Positions 1 to 7,925 of a stretch of 64,000 nucleotides of DNA are shown here, piece by piece. Source of the stretch: Bacteroidia bacterium. GTDB lineage: Bacteria > Bacteroidota > Bacteroidia > J057 > JAIXKT01. Location: assembly GCA_026932145.1 (NCBI GenBank), contig JAIXKT010000001.1:45786-109785 (forward strand). The letters run 5' to 3'. The notes under the pieces are model-generated. The model was not told the DNA's origin and did no database searches. It was given only the letters and a program-made list of their open reading frames with translations. How positions within the stretch are numbered: the first letter of the stretch is position 1; each line of letters begins with the position of its first letter. A program made the position numbers and the translations under genes.

Positions 1-222
1 ATCATTGCCCAAAAACAAGACTTTGTGGGGCTGAGATATTACAACCCTCCCGGAGGGGTTAAATCTTGCCTAAATACCAAAATAGCTTGCTGCAACATTA
101 TGATAACGTACCAAAATCCACAAAAACAGCCTGTTACTGAAAAATTACACACAGATAACCGCTGTGCATTTGAAATCCTAACGGATGATATTCAAACACA
201 CCAGATAGATATTGAGGTTTAA
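1..222 (+). CDS. 3' end of an unidentified CDS that enters from upstream of the window
   Basis: Frame 1 is open from nt 1 to the TAA at 220-222. A strong hairpin plus T-tract follows at 254-312. I recognise no family motif in the 73 aa. Confidence 0.35.
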   Translation: MIAQKQDFVGLRYYNPPGGVKSCLNTKIACCNIMITYQNPQKQPVTEKLHTDNRCAFEILTDDIQTHQIDIEV

Positions 223-253
223 GTGTAGCTGTTTTTTTGAAATTACTTCTAAA

Positions 254-312
254 CCACAATGGCTCAATAGTTTAAATACCAAACTATTGAGCTATTGTGG
301 CTTTTGTTTTTC
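254..312 (+). terminator. Intrinsic terminator-like hairpin between convergent genes
   Basis: A 20-nt arm CCACAATGGCTCAATAGTTT (254-273) pairs with AAACTATTGAGCTATTGTGG (281-300), with one G.U pair. The loop is 7 nt and a T-rich run CTTTTGTTTTTCTT follows. Confidence 0.6.
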
Positions 313-319
313 TTGTCTT

Positions 320-961
320 TTATTTTTTTCCTAAATATTGGGCAACGCTTTCCATTGTTTCTTTGATTGCTTCTGCACCTTCTTCCCAATTTGCTGGGCA
401 AACTTCTCCGTATTGCTCATAATGCTGTAATGCTGCAACGATTCTCAATGCTTCATCAACACTTCTGCCTAACGGTAAATCGTTTACTAACTGGTGGCGC
501 ACAACTCCTTGCTTATCAATTAGAAATAATCCACGATATGAAATCGGCTTACCTTCAAAGGTTAAACTTTCGTGCCCGTCATCATCATAATCAACTTTGT
601 ATTCGCCGGCCAATACGTCATAATCGCTCGAAATAGTTTTTGAAAGATCTGATACAAGCGGAATATTAACGCCGGCAATACCCCCTTGATTCCGAGGAGT
701 ATTTACCCAAGCGTAGTGCGTAAATTTTGAATCTACAGAAACACCAATTAACTGAACGTTCTTTTCTGCAAACTTAGCTGCTGCATCACCAAAAGCAATA
801 ACTTCTGTGGGACACACAAAAGTAAAGTCTAATGGCCAAAAGAATAACACTACATATTTTTTGCCAATAAATTGTGACAAAGTAAAATTTTCTACAAACT
901 GGCCATCTACTACCGCAGAGGCAGAAAAATCAGGAGCTTTTTTTCCTACTAATACTGACAT
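320..961 (-). CDS. ahpC: Typical 2-Cys peroxiredoxin (AhpC/Prx1 type)
   Basis: Peroxidatic Cys lies in DFTFVCPTE and resolving Cys in GEVCPANW. The fold appears full length at 213 aa. Confidence 0.9.
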   Translation of the reverse strand: MSVLVGKKAPDFSASAVVDGQFVENFTLSQFIGKKYVVLFFWPLDFTFVCPTEVIAFGDAAAKFAEKNVQLIGVSVDSKFTHYAWVNTPRNQGGIAGVNIPLVSDLSKTISSDYDVLAGEYKVDYDDDGHESLTFEGKPISYRGLFLIDKQGVVRHQLVNDLPLGRSVDEALRIVAALQHYEQYGEVCPANWEEGAEAIKETMESVAQYLGKK

Positions 962-1199
962 ATAATTTGTTTATATTGACTCCAACAAACCCACCCCCAA
1001 AATAGTTCATAGTAAACAAATAGATTGCTGATTTCAAAGGATTAAGAGCTTAATAGCTACTTGTCGGCTTATTTTTGCATACTTTTGCTTCCGAATGATG
1101 ATGGTTTTTTATTTTTACGATTACTTCAAAAATAACTTCAAACTTCGTTTTTTTACTAACGACGAGTATTTTATTAAACCATAGCCCAAACTACAAGAG

Positions 1200-1526
1200 A
1201 TGTATTGGATTATTTTAGTTGTAGCGGGGTTATTTGAAGCACTTTTTGCCTTTTGTTTAGGAAAAGCTAAAGAAACGTTTGGGCAAGAAATGTATTGGTG
1301 GTATGTGGGTTTTTCTGTATCTCTAACTATCAGTATGGGGCTTTTGATGAAAGCTACGCAGGCGTTACCGATTGGAACAGCTTATTCAATCTGGACGGGA
1401 ATAGGAGCAGTTGGAACCGTTTTAATCGGTATTTTTGTATTTAAAGAGCCGGCAACCTTCTGGCGGATTTTTTTTCTGACTACCTTGATTGCTTCTATTG
1501 TTGGGCTAAAGAGTGTATCTCCCTAA
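1200..1526 (+). CDS. sugE: SMR-family small multidrug/guanidinium exporter (SugE/Gdx-like)
   Basis: 108 aa with 4 predicted TM segments. The conserved membrane Glu is present in AGLFEALFAF, and the PIGTAYSIWTGIGAVG motif is typical of SMR proteins. Confidence 0.85.
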   Translation: MYWIILVVAGLFEALFAFCLGKAKETFGQEMYWWYVGFSVSLTISMGLLMKATQALPIGTAYSIWTGIGAVGTVLIGIFVFKEPATFWRIFFLTTLIASIVGLKSVSP

Positions 1527-1553
1527 AAAAACATCTCATAAGAAATCCTTAAA

Positions 1554-3410
1554 TCATTGATTATTAGGAATAATAGGTAGATGTAATTGACTTTGGTAGT
1601 TAGGGCCGTGAAATATCCAGATTTTTTGAGGGGTAGGAGAGATGTTGTCAAAATGATCTTTATCGGCGGCAGCGATGGCAATACGGATTTTGCTGCCAGG
1701 CTGAAACTGATAAGATGTTGGTTGAAATTCAATAGCTATTTTTCTGGGCTGACCAGGGGTTAATAATTGTTTGGTTTCCGAATTAAAAGATTGATTTAAG
1801 CCTGGAGTTTCATACATCGGCATTGTTTGCTCTACGGCAACAGAGGCTCTAACCAAACCCTCGGTAACATAAATTACGTTTCCATCTTTTGTAACTTCCT
1901 CTAAATAAGCATAGACACAGGCATCGGTTGTGTCTGAGGCTAAGTATAAATCCAACCAAGGATGTCCGGTAACTTCGGTATGTTGGTTTAAGGGTGCAGA
2001 ATCAAAAACCAAGCGTTTAGTATCGTTGGTAGCTTGGTCAGGATAGCCGGTTTGTCCATTTTTGTAAAGTAGGGTTAAGCTATTCCATCGGCTGGTATTT
2101 CCGCTTCCGGTGGTTGTATCTACTAAATAAACTGTTGAGCCGGGTTTCGCAGGTGGAACTGTACTTAATTGATTCTCAAAACAAAAATAACGTATCCATT
2201 GCGTTTGCGGTAATGGCCAAGTATTGGCAGATTGCCACTTTTCTGCTCCCATTGTGTAGTAATGAACTCTGGTATCTTGGTTGATTTTATTTTCACTTCC
2301 TTTCAGATAATAGTCAAAATACCGTAAACACTCGCCAAATAGGTCAAACTTAGTGGCTGGCTGGGTAGCTCTGGGGGAAATATTCAATTTGCCGCCGTGG
2401 TCCCAAGGGCCAATCAACAAATGCTGTGGGTTTTTGAAGTTCATAAATGCTTTAATAGCGGAGTTTGTAAGCCCTCCGTCAAACCAACCGCTGATGCAGT
2501 ACATCGTTGTTTTTGAATCCGATATTTCTCGGGTTCGTTGGTGGGCACTATAATCATCAATAGTTGACCCCCAAGAACTTTTTGAATTTCGGAACTCAAT
2601 AGCTTCATCAGCGATGTTGAAATTTTTGTTGTGTTTCGCCACATTTTGGAGTAGGGTTGTACGTTTTTTATCTCCCATTACCGGTTTGATGCCTTTAACG
2701 GCCATTTTGGCTTTTTTCCCAAATACGGCGAAACGGTTGTGGTCAAATTCACGTGTTGTGAGTCCCCAAACATCTACAAATCTTCCGTGCCGGATTCCGC
2801 CCGGGGCGGAAATATCTGCATATAGGTCAAAAATAGCATTCCGTGGAATTACTACTTTAACGGCTTCATGGCGTATTGAGGATAAAAGCATTGCCGTTGT
2901 ACCTACATAAGAAACGCCGGTAGAGCCTACTTTTCCATTTGACCACGGCTGAGATATGATGGAATCTACAACGGTGTACATATCAGCGACTTCTTGTGGG
3001 CTAAACTCCATTTCTCGGCTGCCGTCACTTGCTCCCGAACCTCGTGTATCTACTACAACAACTGCATAACCTCTTGAAACAAAGTAAGTTATTTCATCTA
3101 ACGAAATACTGGTGGTTGCGTGTTTTTTGATTATCCGAAATACCCGTTTGATTTCCAAAGATCTCACATAACGTGTTTGGTATAAAATAGTTGGTAGTTT
3201 TTCTCCGGTATTTTTTTTAGGTAAATAAATATCTACTGCTAAACGAAGCCCATCTTTCATTGGCCAGTACATAGATTTGTACTGATATTTTGAAGAAACT
3301 TTATAGGCTTGCTGCCCATAAGCTACGGGAAAAGTTTGGGATTTAGCTAAATGGATAAAAACAAAACTGATTATCAATAAATTAAAGATTAATTTTTGAT
3401 ATTTTTTCAT
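1554..3410 (-). CDS. CocE/NonD-family serine hydrolase (X-Pro dipeptidyl-peptidase S15-like), secreted
   Basis: Signal peptide present. VVVVDTRGSGASDG and the nucleophile elbow GSTGVSYVG are present, followed by the long C-terminal beta-domain typical of CocE/NonD. Confidence 0.75.
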   Translation of the reverse strand: MKKYQKLIFNLLIISFVFIHLAKSQTFPVAYGQQAYKVSSKYQYKSMYWPMKDGLRLAVDIYLPKKNTGEKLPTILYQTRYVRSLEIKRVFRIIKKHATTSISLDEITYFVSRGYAVVVVDTRGSGASDGSREMEFSPQEVADMYTVVDSIISQPWSNGKVGSTGVSYVGTTAMLLSSIRHEAVKVVIPRNAIFDLYADISAPGGIRHGRFVDVWGLTTREFDHNRFAVFGKKAKMAVKGIKPVMGDKKRTTLLQNVAKHNKNFNIADEAIEFRNSKSSWGSTIDDYSAHQRTREISDSKTTMYCISGWFDGGLTNSAIKAFMNFKNPQHLLIGPWDHGGKLNISPRATQPATKFDLFGECLRYFDYYLKGSENKINQDTRVHYYTMGAEKWQSANTWPLPQTQWIRYFCFENQLSTVPPAKPGSTVYLVDTTTGSGNTSRWNSLTLLYKNGQTGYPDQATNDTKRLVFDSAPLNQHTEVTGHPWLDLYLASDTTDACVYAYLEEVTKDGNVIYVTEGLVRASVAVEQTMPMYETPGLNQSFNSETKQLLTPGQPRKIAIEFQPTSYQFQPGSKIRIAIAAADKDHFDNISPTPQKIWIFHGPNYQSQLHLPIIPNNQ

Positions 3411-4204
3411 GATTTTTGAGGGAGTTTATTTTTTTGTGAGCGATAGATTAACCAAAATCCGATGATTATCAGTGGGATACTCAATATTTGCCCCATATTC
3501 ATTGGTAAGTTGTCTTCAAAAGAGACTTGGTTTTCTTTTATGGTTTCCCAAAGTATTCTGAGGCCAAAAATCCAGACAAGAAATATTCCGAAAGACAATC
3601 CGGCGGGTAGGTTGTTGGTATGTTTCCAGTAAAGTTTGTAGAGTATTCCGAAGAGAATTAGACAAGTGATTGCTTCATAAAGTTGGGCTGGGTGTCTGGG
3701 GAGTTCGTCAATACGGGCAAAAATAAAAGCCCAAGGCATATCGGTTGGTTTTCCGATGATTTCAGAATTCATCAGATTCCCTAAGCGGATAAAGCAACCG
3801 GCTAAGGCAACGGTAATGACAATTCTGTCTGCTATCCAAACAAAGGATTGATCTGGAAATTTTTTGGAATAAAGAAAGAGAGACGTAAGGATACCGATTG
3901 CGGCTCCGTGGCTGGCAAGGCCGCCTTCCCAAACATACAAAATCCGGATTGGGTCTAAAAGATAGACTTCCGGCTCATAAAACAGGCAGTGCCCTAAGCG
4001 AGCACCCACAATAGTGCCGATGAGCATGTGTAGGGTTAAGGTATCCAAGTTAGAATCCGGTTTTCCTTCTTGCCGCATAATGCGCAGCATGATTCCGTGC
4101 CCAATCAAAAAACCCAAAGCAAAGAGCAGCCCGTACCACCGTAGGTGAACCGGCCCTAAGGAAACAATTTCAGGATCTACGTTCCAAAAAATCGCCGCTA
4201 TCAT
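3407..4204 (-). CDS. lgt: Prolipoprotein diacylglyceryl transferase
   Basis: LRWYGLLFALGFLIG and GGLASHGAAIG motifs in a polytopic membrane protein. It overlaps the downstream hydrolase gene by 4 nt. Confidence 0.9.
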   Translation of the reverse strand: MIAAIFWNVDPEIVSLGPVHLRWYGLLFALGFLIGHGIMLRIMRQEGKPDSNLDTLTLHMLIGTIVGARLGHCLFYEPEVYLLDPIRILYVWEGGLASHGAAIGILTSLFLYSKKFPDQSFVWIADRIVITVALAGCFIRLGNLMNSEIIGKPTDMPWAFIFARIDELPRHPAQLYEAITCLILFGILYKLYWKHTNNLPAGLSFGIFLVWIFGLRILWETIKENQVSFEDNLPMNMGQILSIPLIIIGFWLIYRSQKNKLPQKS

Positions 4205-4448
4205 AAAATATTAATAATCAAGAAATAAAACAAAAAAACACAAGATTCCTAAGAAAATTCAGTGATTTTTTGACGATGCAAAATAAATGATTACAGGAGA
4301 CAATATGAACAAAAAGTTTCTATAGATTTAACTATGTAGCTATCAACTTAACTTTATGGTTGTTTGGTAACAAAGAAGACTCTATTTGCTTAAGGTGGGT
4401 TTTATAATTTAAATCATTGTTATTCAGGTAATTATATGTATATTTGTG

Positions 4449-4664
4449 TATAATTTAATACGAAAACAATATGACATCACAAGAGTAAGAGTAGAACACG
4501 TATTTGGTTTTATGGAATAAAGTATGAACGGACTTGCTGTAAAATCTGTAGGAATAGCAAGAGCAACAGGTATAATAGGACTTATCAACCTTACCTACAA
4601 CTTATTCAGGCTTGAACAAGTTCAAAGATTAAATTTATTTACATCGGAATATGCTATTAATTAG
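4449..4664 (+). mobile_element. IS5/IS1182-type DDE transposase C-terminal remnant (pseudogene fragment)
   Basis: The frame reads YNLIRKQYDITRVRVEHVFGFME*SMNGLAVKSVGIARATGIIGLINLTYNLFRLEQV. The RVEHxFGxxK...NLxYNxxR pattern is the conserved C-terminus of IS5-family transposases. There is an in-frame stop at 4518-4520, and the catalytic N-terminal part is absent. Confidence 0.7.
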
Positions 4665-4797
4665 TTGCAAATTATCGAATAAAAAATAAAAAAATTGTAT
4701 GTGAATTAAAAAAATAATTTGTACAATTACTTACTTTTTCAACCCAGATTTTAAAAGAGTTCTGATTTGTGTCTGAAAAAAATAAAAAAACTAATTT

Positions 4798-5358
4798 TTA
4801 GAACCCACCTGAAAGTACTTTGTTTGGAAACCCTAAAATTGTCGTGCTACCGTCTGCGTTAATTGTTATTTCTGTGTAATTGTTGTTTTCAATATCGTAG
4901 TCTGCGTAACGGTCTGTCAAAAAATGGATTTCTTGGTTTGTTGAGCCAATCCATTGATGATTCATTGTCCGCTTTGTTCTGTCGTAACGCCCTGTAATGA
5001 GAATGTCTAAGTTGTCAAGTATTGATGTCTTAATCTTTTCTGTTATTTCTGTTATTTCGTAACCAGTGAAAAGCATTGTGCTTAGTCCAAGTTTTCTACA
5101 TTCAATAAGCAATTCAGAAACTTCGTCAAACTGGTTTAATGGTTCACCACCCAACAAAGTTATTCCGTCAATAAGTTCTTTTTCGTTTTCAATTTTACGT
5201 AGTAAGTCTTGAACGGATAAAATGATTTTGTCCTCAAAAGCCCACATTTCAGTATTCCAGCAACCTTTGCAACGAATAGAACAGCCTTGCACCCAAATTA
5301 CAAAACGGCAATTTGGTCCATAAATAAAACTGTGTTCTTCTATGTGTGCAATGTTCAT
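4798..5358 (-). CDS. NrdG-like radical SAM activating enzyme (4Fe-4S single-cluster type), last gene of the island operon
   Basis: YGPNCRFVIWVQGCSIRCKGCWN carries a CX3CX2C cluster motif (about nt 5260-5283) with an NrdG-type context. A GGEPL SAM-binding motif is present. At only 186 aa there is no SPASM/twitch extension. Confidence 0.75.
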   Translation of the reverse strand: MNIAHIEEHSFIYGPNCRFVIWVQGCSIRCKGCWNTEMWAFEDKIILSVQDLLRKIENEKELIDGITLLGGEPLNQFDEVSELLIECRKLGLSTMLFTGYEITEITEKIKTSILDNLDILITGRYDRTKRTMNHQWIGSTNQEIHFLTDRYADYDIENNNYTEITINADGSTTILGFPNKVLSGGF

Positions 5359-5359
5359 T

Positions 5360-5803
5360 TTAGTAAGTGTTTCTAACCAAAACCAACTTGATTTTTCCTT
5401 TTATGTTTTCTTCTTTTACGGAATAACCTTGTTCTTTGGCTCGTTCAATGATTGTCGTTCTTTGCTTATCAATAAACGCTAAACGTTCCTGTTCTAATCG
5501 CTTTCTTTCTTCTTCCAAACGTAAACGTTCAGTCTCTTTAAGTTTGTTTTGATAGATAACGTTATATTGCTTTTCAACTGTTCTAATAAAATCCGCTTGA
5601 TTTCTGTCCGTATGCGAATAAGCAAAAAGAGCATATCTACCGAAATTGTCTTTTTGAAATTCTTGAAAACCTAAACGTACATCTTTTCTGTTTGTAACTA
5701 CTTTATTTCCTTCTACACGAAAGCCACAATCAACTGATTCTAAAGCTTTACATAAACATTCAAGGTCAATGAAAGGTGTTGCTGTTTTAATTACTGCACT
5801 CAT
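5360..5803 (-). CDS. DUF1257 (Ycf35-like) family protein with a charged coiled-coil insert
   Basis: The N-terminus MSAVIKTATPFIDLECLCKALESVDCGF and the later FIRTVEKQYNVIY fit my recollection of the DUF1257 consensus. There is an ERLRLEEERKRLEQER helix. The start overlaps the upstream gene by 4 nt. Confidence 0.5.
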   Translation of the reverse strand: MSAVIKTATPFIDLECLCKALESVDCGFRVEGNKVVTNRKDVRLGFQEFQKDNFGRYALFAYSHTDRNQADFIRTVEKQYNVIYQNKLKETERLRLEEERKRLEQERLAFIDKQRTTIIERAKEQGYSVKEENIKGKIKLVLVRNTY

Positions 5804-6006
5804 TTTTTCTTGATTTCAATTTTGTTTTGACTTTTCAATTCGTTTGCCTGATAAAATTCATCTGTCTTGGTAATTGAATCCAAATCGGCTAAATCACCTA
5901 ACAGTTTTTGTAATTCATCAATGCATATTTTGCCTTTAATGCCTTCGGTTGAAGCATTTATTTTCCCATTTTCGTCAATGGTTACTACAATTCTTTGTTC
6001 TGCCAT
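5800..6006 (-). CDS. DUF2997-like small protein (68 aa)
   Basis: The pattern IVVTIDENGKINASTEGIKGKICIDELQKLLGDL...TDEFY fits my recollection of DUF2997 (i.v.i..dG.v...v.G..G..C.....le..lG...t.eyy). Confidence 0.5.
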   Translation of the reverse strand: MAEQRIVVTIDENGKINASTEGIKGKICIDELQKLLGDLADLDSITKTDEFYQANELKSQNKIEIKKK

Positions 6007-6011
6007 TTTCG

Positions 6012-7925
6012 TTAGTTTTTAATTGCACATAAATTTGCTTTTAAGCGTTCTGCTTCTTTTTTTCCCTGTTCGTATTCTTCCCAATTTTGTATTGCCAAAA
6101 ATTGTTGGCTGTTTACTTGAAATAATTTTCCGATTGTCGGCAACTGTTGTAAATCAGGCATTTGAATGAATTGTGATTTTCCTGCATTATTCTGTTGGGA
6201 GCTTTTGTCTCCAACAATTTCACTTAATGAAGACAAATTAGATTGAGAGACTTGCTTATTCTTTTCCTTTTCTTTGCTTTCGATTTGGTTTTTGAAAGCG
6301 TTAATTTGTCTTTCAACCCCGCTTATTTCATCTACTATTTTAGATAAGAAAAGTGATTTGACTTTTTCGTCGCAATCTCTAATCGAACTCTCCAACACTG
6401 ACGTAGATTCAGATGAAATAGAAGCATTATGAATTGAATTTAGTTTATCAAGGATTTTCTTTGATGATTCAACTTCTTCAAGATTTTTATTGTTTTTTCT
6501 TGCTTTCTGTTGCAAACCGGCTTTAAATTTATTCAAGTCTCTGGCATTTATTATATGCTCCGCACAAAAGTCATTGAGTTTTTCTTGCTTTTCTTGTTCA
6601 AAAGCATCTTTTAATGAGTTCAACTCCGCAGTTTTTTCAGATTTAATTCGTTCAAATTCCGTTTTTTGTGCCTCCTTTTCCTGCTTCAATTTCAATAAAT
6701 CAAGATTTTTCCCTTCTTTCTCAGAAATATCAGACTTTAATCTTTCAATTTCTTCATCAAGTTTCGCTTTACGGTCTTCGGTCTCTATTTCGCCAATTTC
6801 ATTTTGAACTTGTGCATTGATTTCATTGATACGGTTGATTTTCTCTTTCAATTTCGCTTCAGCTTGATTAGCAAAATCAGTTTGTTTCAAATCGTCAATT
6901 TCATTTTTCAATGCACCAAAAACATTTTTCTTACCTAAAAAGAAACGTGAAATTGCTTTTGACAAGTTAGTTTCTTTCTTTTCAGCTTCTTGTATTTTGT
7001 TTACAATAGAATCCAAAGCCTTTATGATTTCTTCGGTTTTCTTTTTCCACCTTTCGTAAAGCGCGTTTTCATTGGCTTGTTCAGGCAAATAAAATGGTGT
7101 GTTTTGCCATTTGTATTCAATGCTTACTGAAACTCCATCGTCATCAAAATTTGGTTCTTTGTTTTCAAATTCACTTTTCGGCAACAAACTTTCTAGAACG
7201 ATATCGCCTAAATCGTTTGTTGTGTTTGCTTTTATCTGAATTGGAATTTGTGTTTCCTTGTTCAACGAAATAATTTGTTTGTCTGATAATTCGCTTCGTT
7301 TTGCTATTTCTGAAAAGTCAAATAATGTTCCGTAAACAAAATCTTTTCCGCCAAAGGCGTTTATGTCGTGAAAAACATCAAGCGGCTTTGAAGTTATATC
7401 GCCTTTCTTTCCTTTTTCAATCACTTCTTTTTTGGCTGTTTCCCAAAATTGATAGCAGAAATGACGAAACAATTCTTTCGTTTCTTTGGTGTCCAAACTT
7501 CTTGAAATGTGTTGCGAAACGGCAATACTTTGTTCTGTGAGTTGTCCTGTAAAAAATATTCCTTGCGGTTTATCAGAATTTGGATTTACCAAAACAAACG
7601 AACCTTTATTTCTTATTTCATAACGTATCAAACAAATTTCGTTCAACAAATCTAATTCTTGCGAATACTCATTGACAAGAATATAAAAGCGAACTTTCAA
7701 ATTTTGAGCAATGTCAAAAATCTGTTTTATCAAACCTTTATCAGTCAAGGCTTCTGTTTGTATGCAAACAATTCCTTCCTGTGCAGATTGCAAGGCTTTC
7801 GCTATTTCGTTTTTGTGATTTTGATTTGCTGAAACATTTAATTTTTGTCGCCAAAAATTCTGCAACAATTCATTGCTGTAATCAACGGTTTTATTTTTTT
7901 GTATGGATTGTATTTTAGTTGCCAT
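6012..7925 (-). CDS. 637-aa protein: globular N-terminal domain (~290 aa), ~300-aa K/E-rich coiled coil, small C-terminal domain
   Basis: Residues ~290-600 are heptad-like and K/E/Q/N-rich (for example EAEKKETNLSKAISRF...KLKEKINRINEINAQVQNEIGEIETEDRKAKLDEEIERLKSDISEKEGK). The N-domain has an alternating beta-alpha pattern (VRFYILVNEY...RNKGSFVLVNP) that loosely resembles a PLD-like fold without the HxK histidine. Confidence 0.6.
   Translation of the reverse strand: MATKIQSIQKNKTVDYSNELLQNFWRQKLNVSANQNHKNEIAKALQSAQEGIVCIQTEALTDKGLIKQIFDIAQNLKVRFYILVNEYSQELDLLNEICLIRYEIRNKGSFVLVNPNSDKPQGIFFTGQLTEQSIAVSQHISRSLDTKETKELFRHFCYQFWETAKKEVIEKGKKGDITSKPLDVFHDINAFGGKDFVYGTLFDFSEIAKRSELSDKQIISLNKETQIPIQIKANTTNDLGDIVLESLLPKSEFENKEPNFDDDGVSVSIEYKWQNTPFYLPEQANENALYERWKKKTEEIIKALDSIVNKIQEAEKKETNLSKAISRFFLGKKNVFGALKNEIDDLKQTDFANQAEAKLKEKINRINEINAQVQNEIGEIETEDRKAKLDEEIERLKSDISEKEGKNLDLLKLKQEKEAQKTEFERIKSEKTAELNSLKDAFEQEKQEKLNDFCAEHIINARDLNKFKAGLQQKARKNNKNLEEVESSKKILDKLNSIHNASISSESTSVLESSIRDCDEKVKSLFLSKIVDEISGVERQINAFKNQIESKEKEKNKQVSQSNLSSLSEIVGDKSSQQNNAGKSQFIQMPDLQQLPTIGKLFQVNSQQFLAIQNWEEYEQGKKEAERLKANLCAIKN

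Noticed and set aside
25-222. The 65-aa ORF treated as a stand-alone small gene.
   Set aside because: The same frame is open back to nt 1, so it is more likely the 3' end of a gene that starts upstream of the window.
367-636. Antisense or shadow ORFs listed in the track inside longer genes. Examples are 367-636, 2353-2910, 6490-6807, 7301-7540, 8421-8907, 12083-13367, 21093-21599, 25475-25965, 36317-36688 and 63025-63360.
   Set aside because: Each lies wholly within a longer ORF on the other strand or frame that has clear family motifs. Their translations are low-complexity (F/L/S/K-rich), as expected from the complement of AT-rich coding sequence.
1088-1199. Possible guanidine riboswitch (mini-ykkC or ykkC type) in the 110-nt leader of the SugE/Gdx-like gene.
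   Set aside because: I looked for paired hairpins with ACGR loops. I found only one weak AT-rich candidate around CTAACGACGAG, with no G:C-closed stems and no second hairpin. A Rfam covariance-model scan would settle it.
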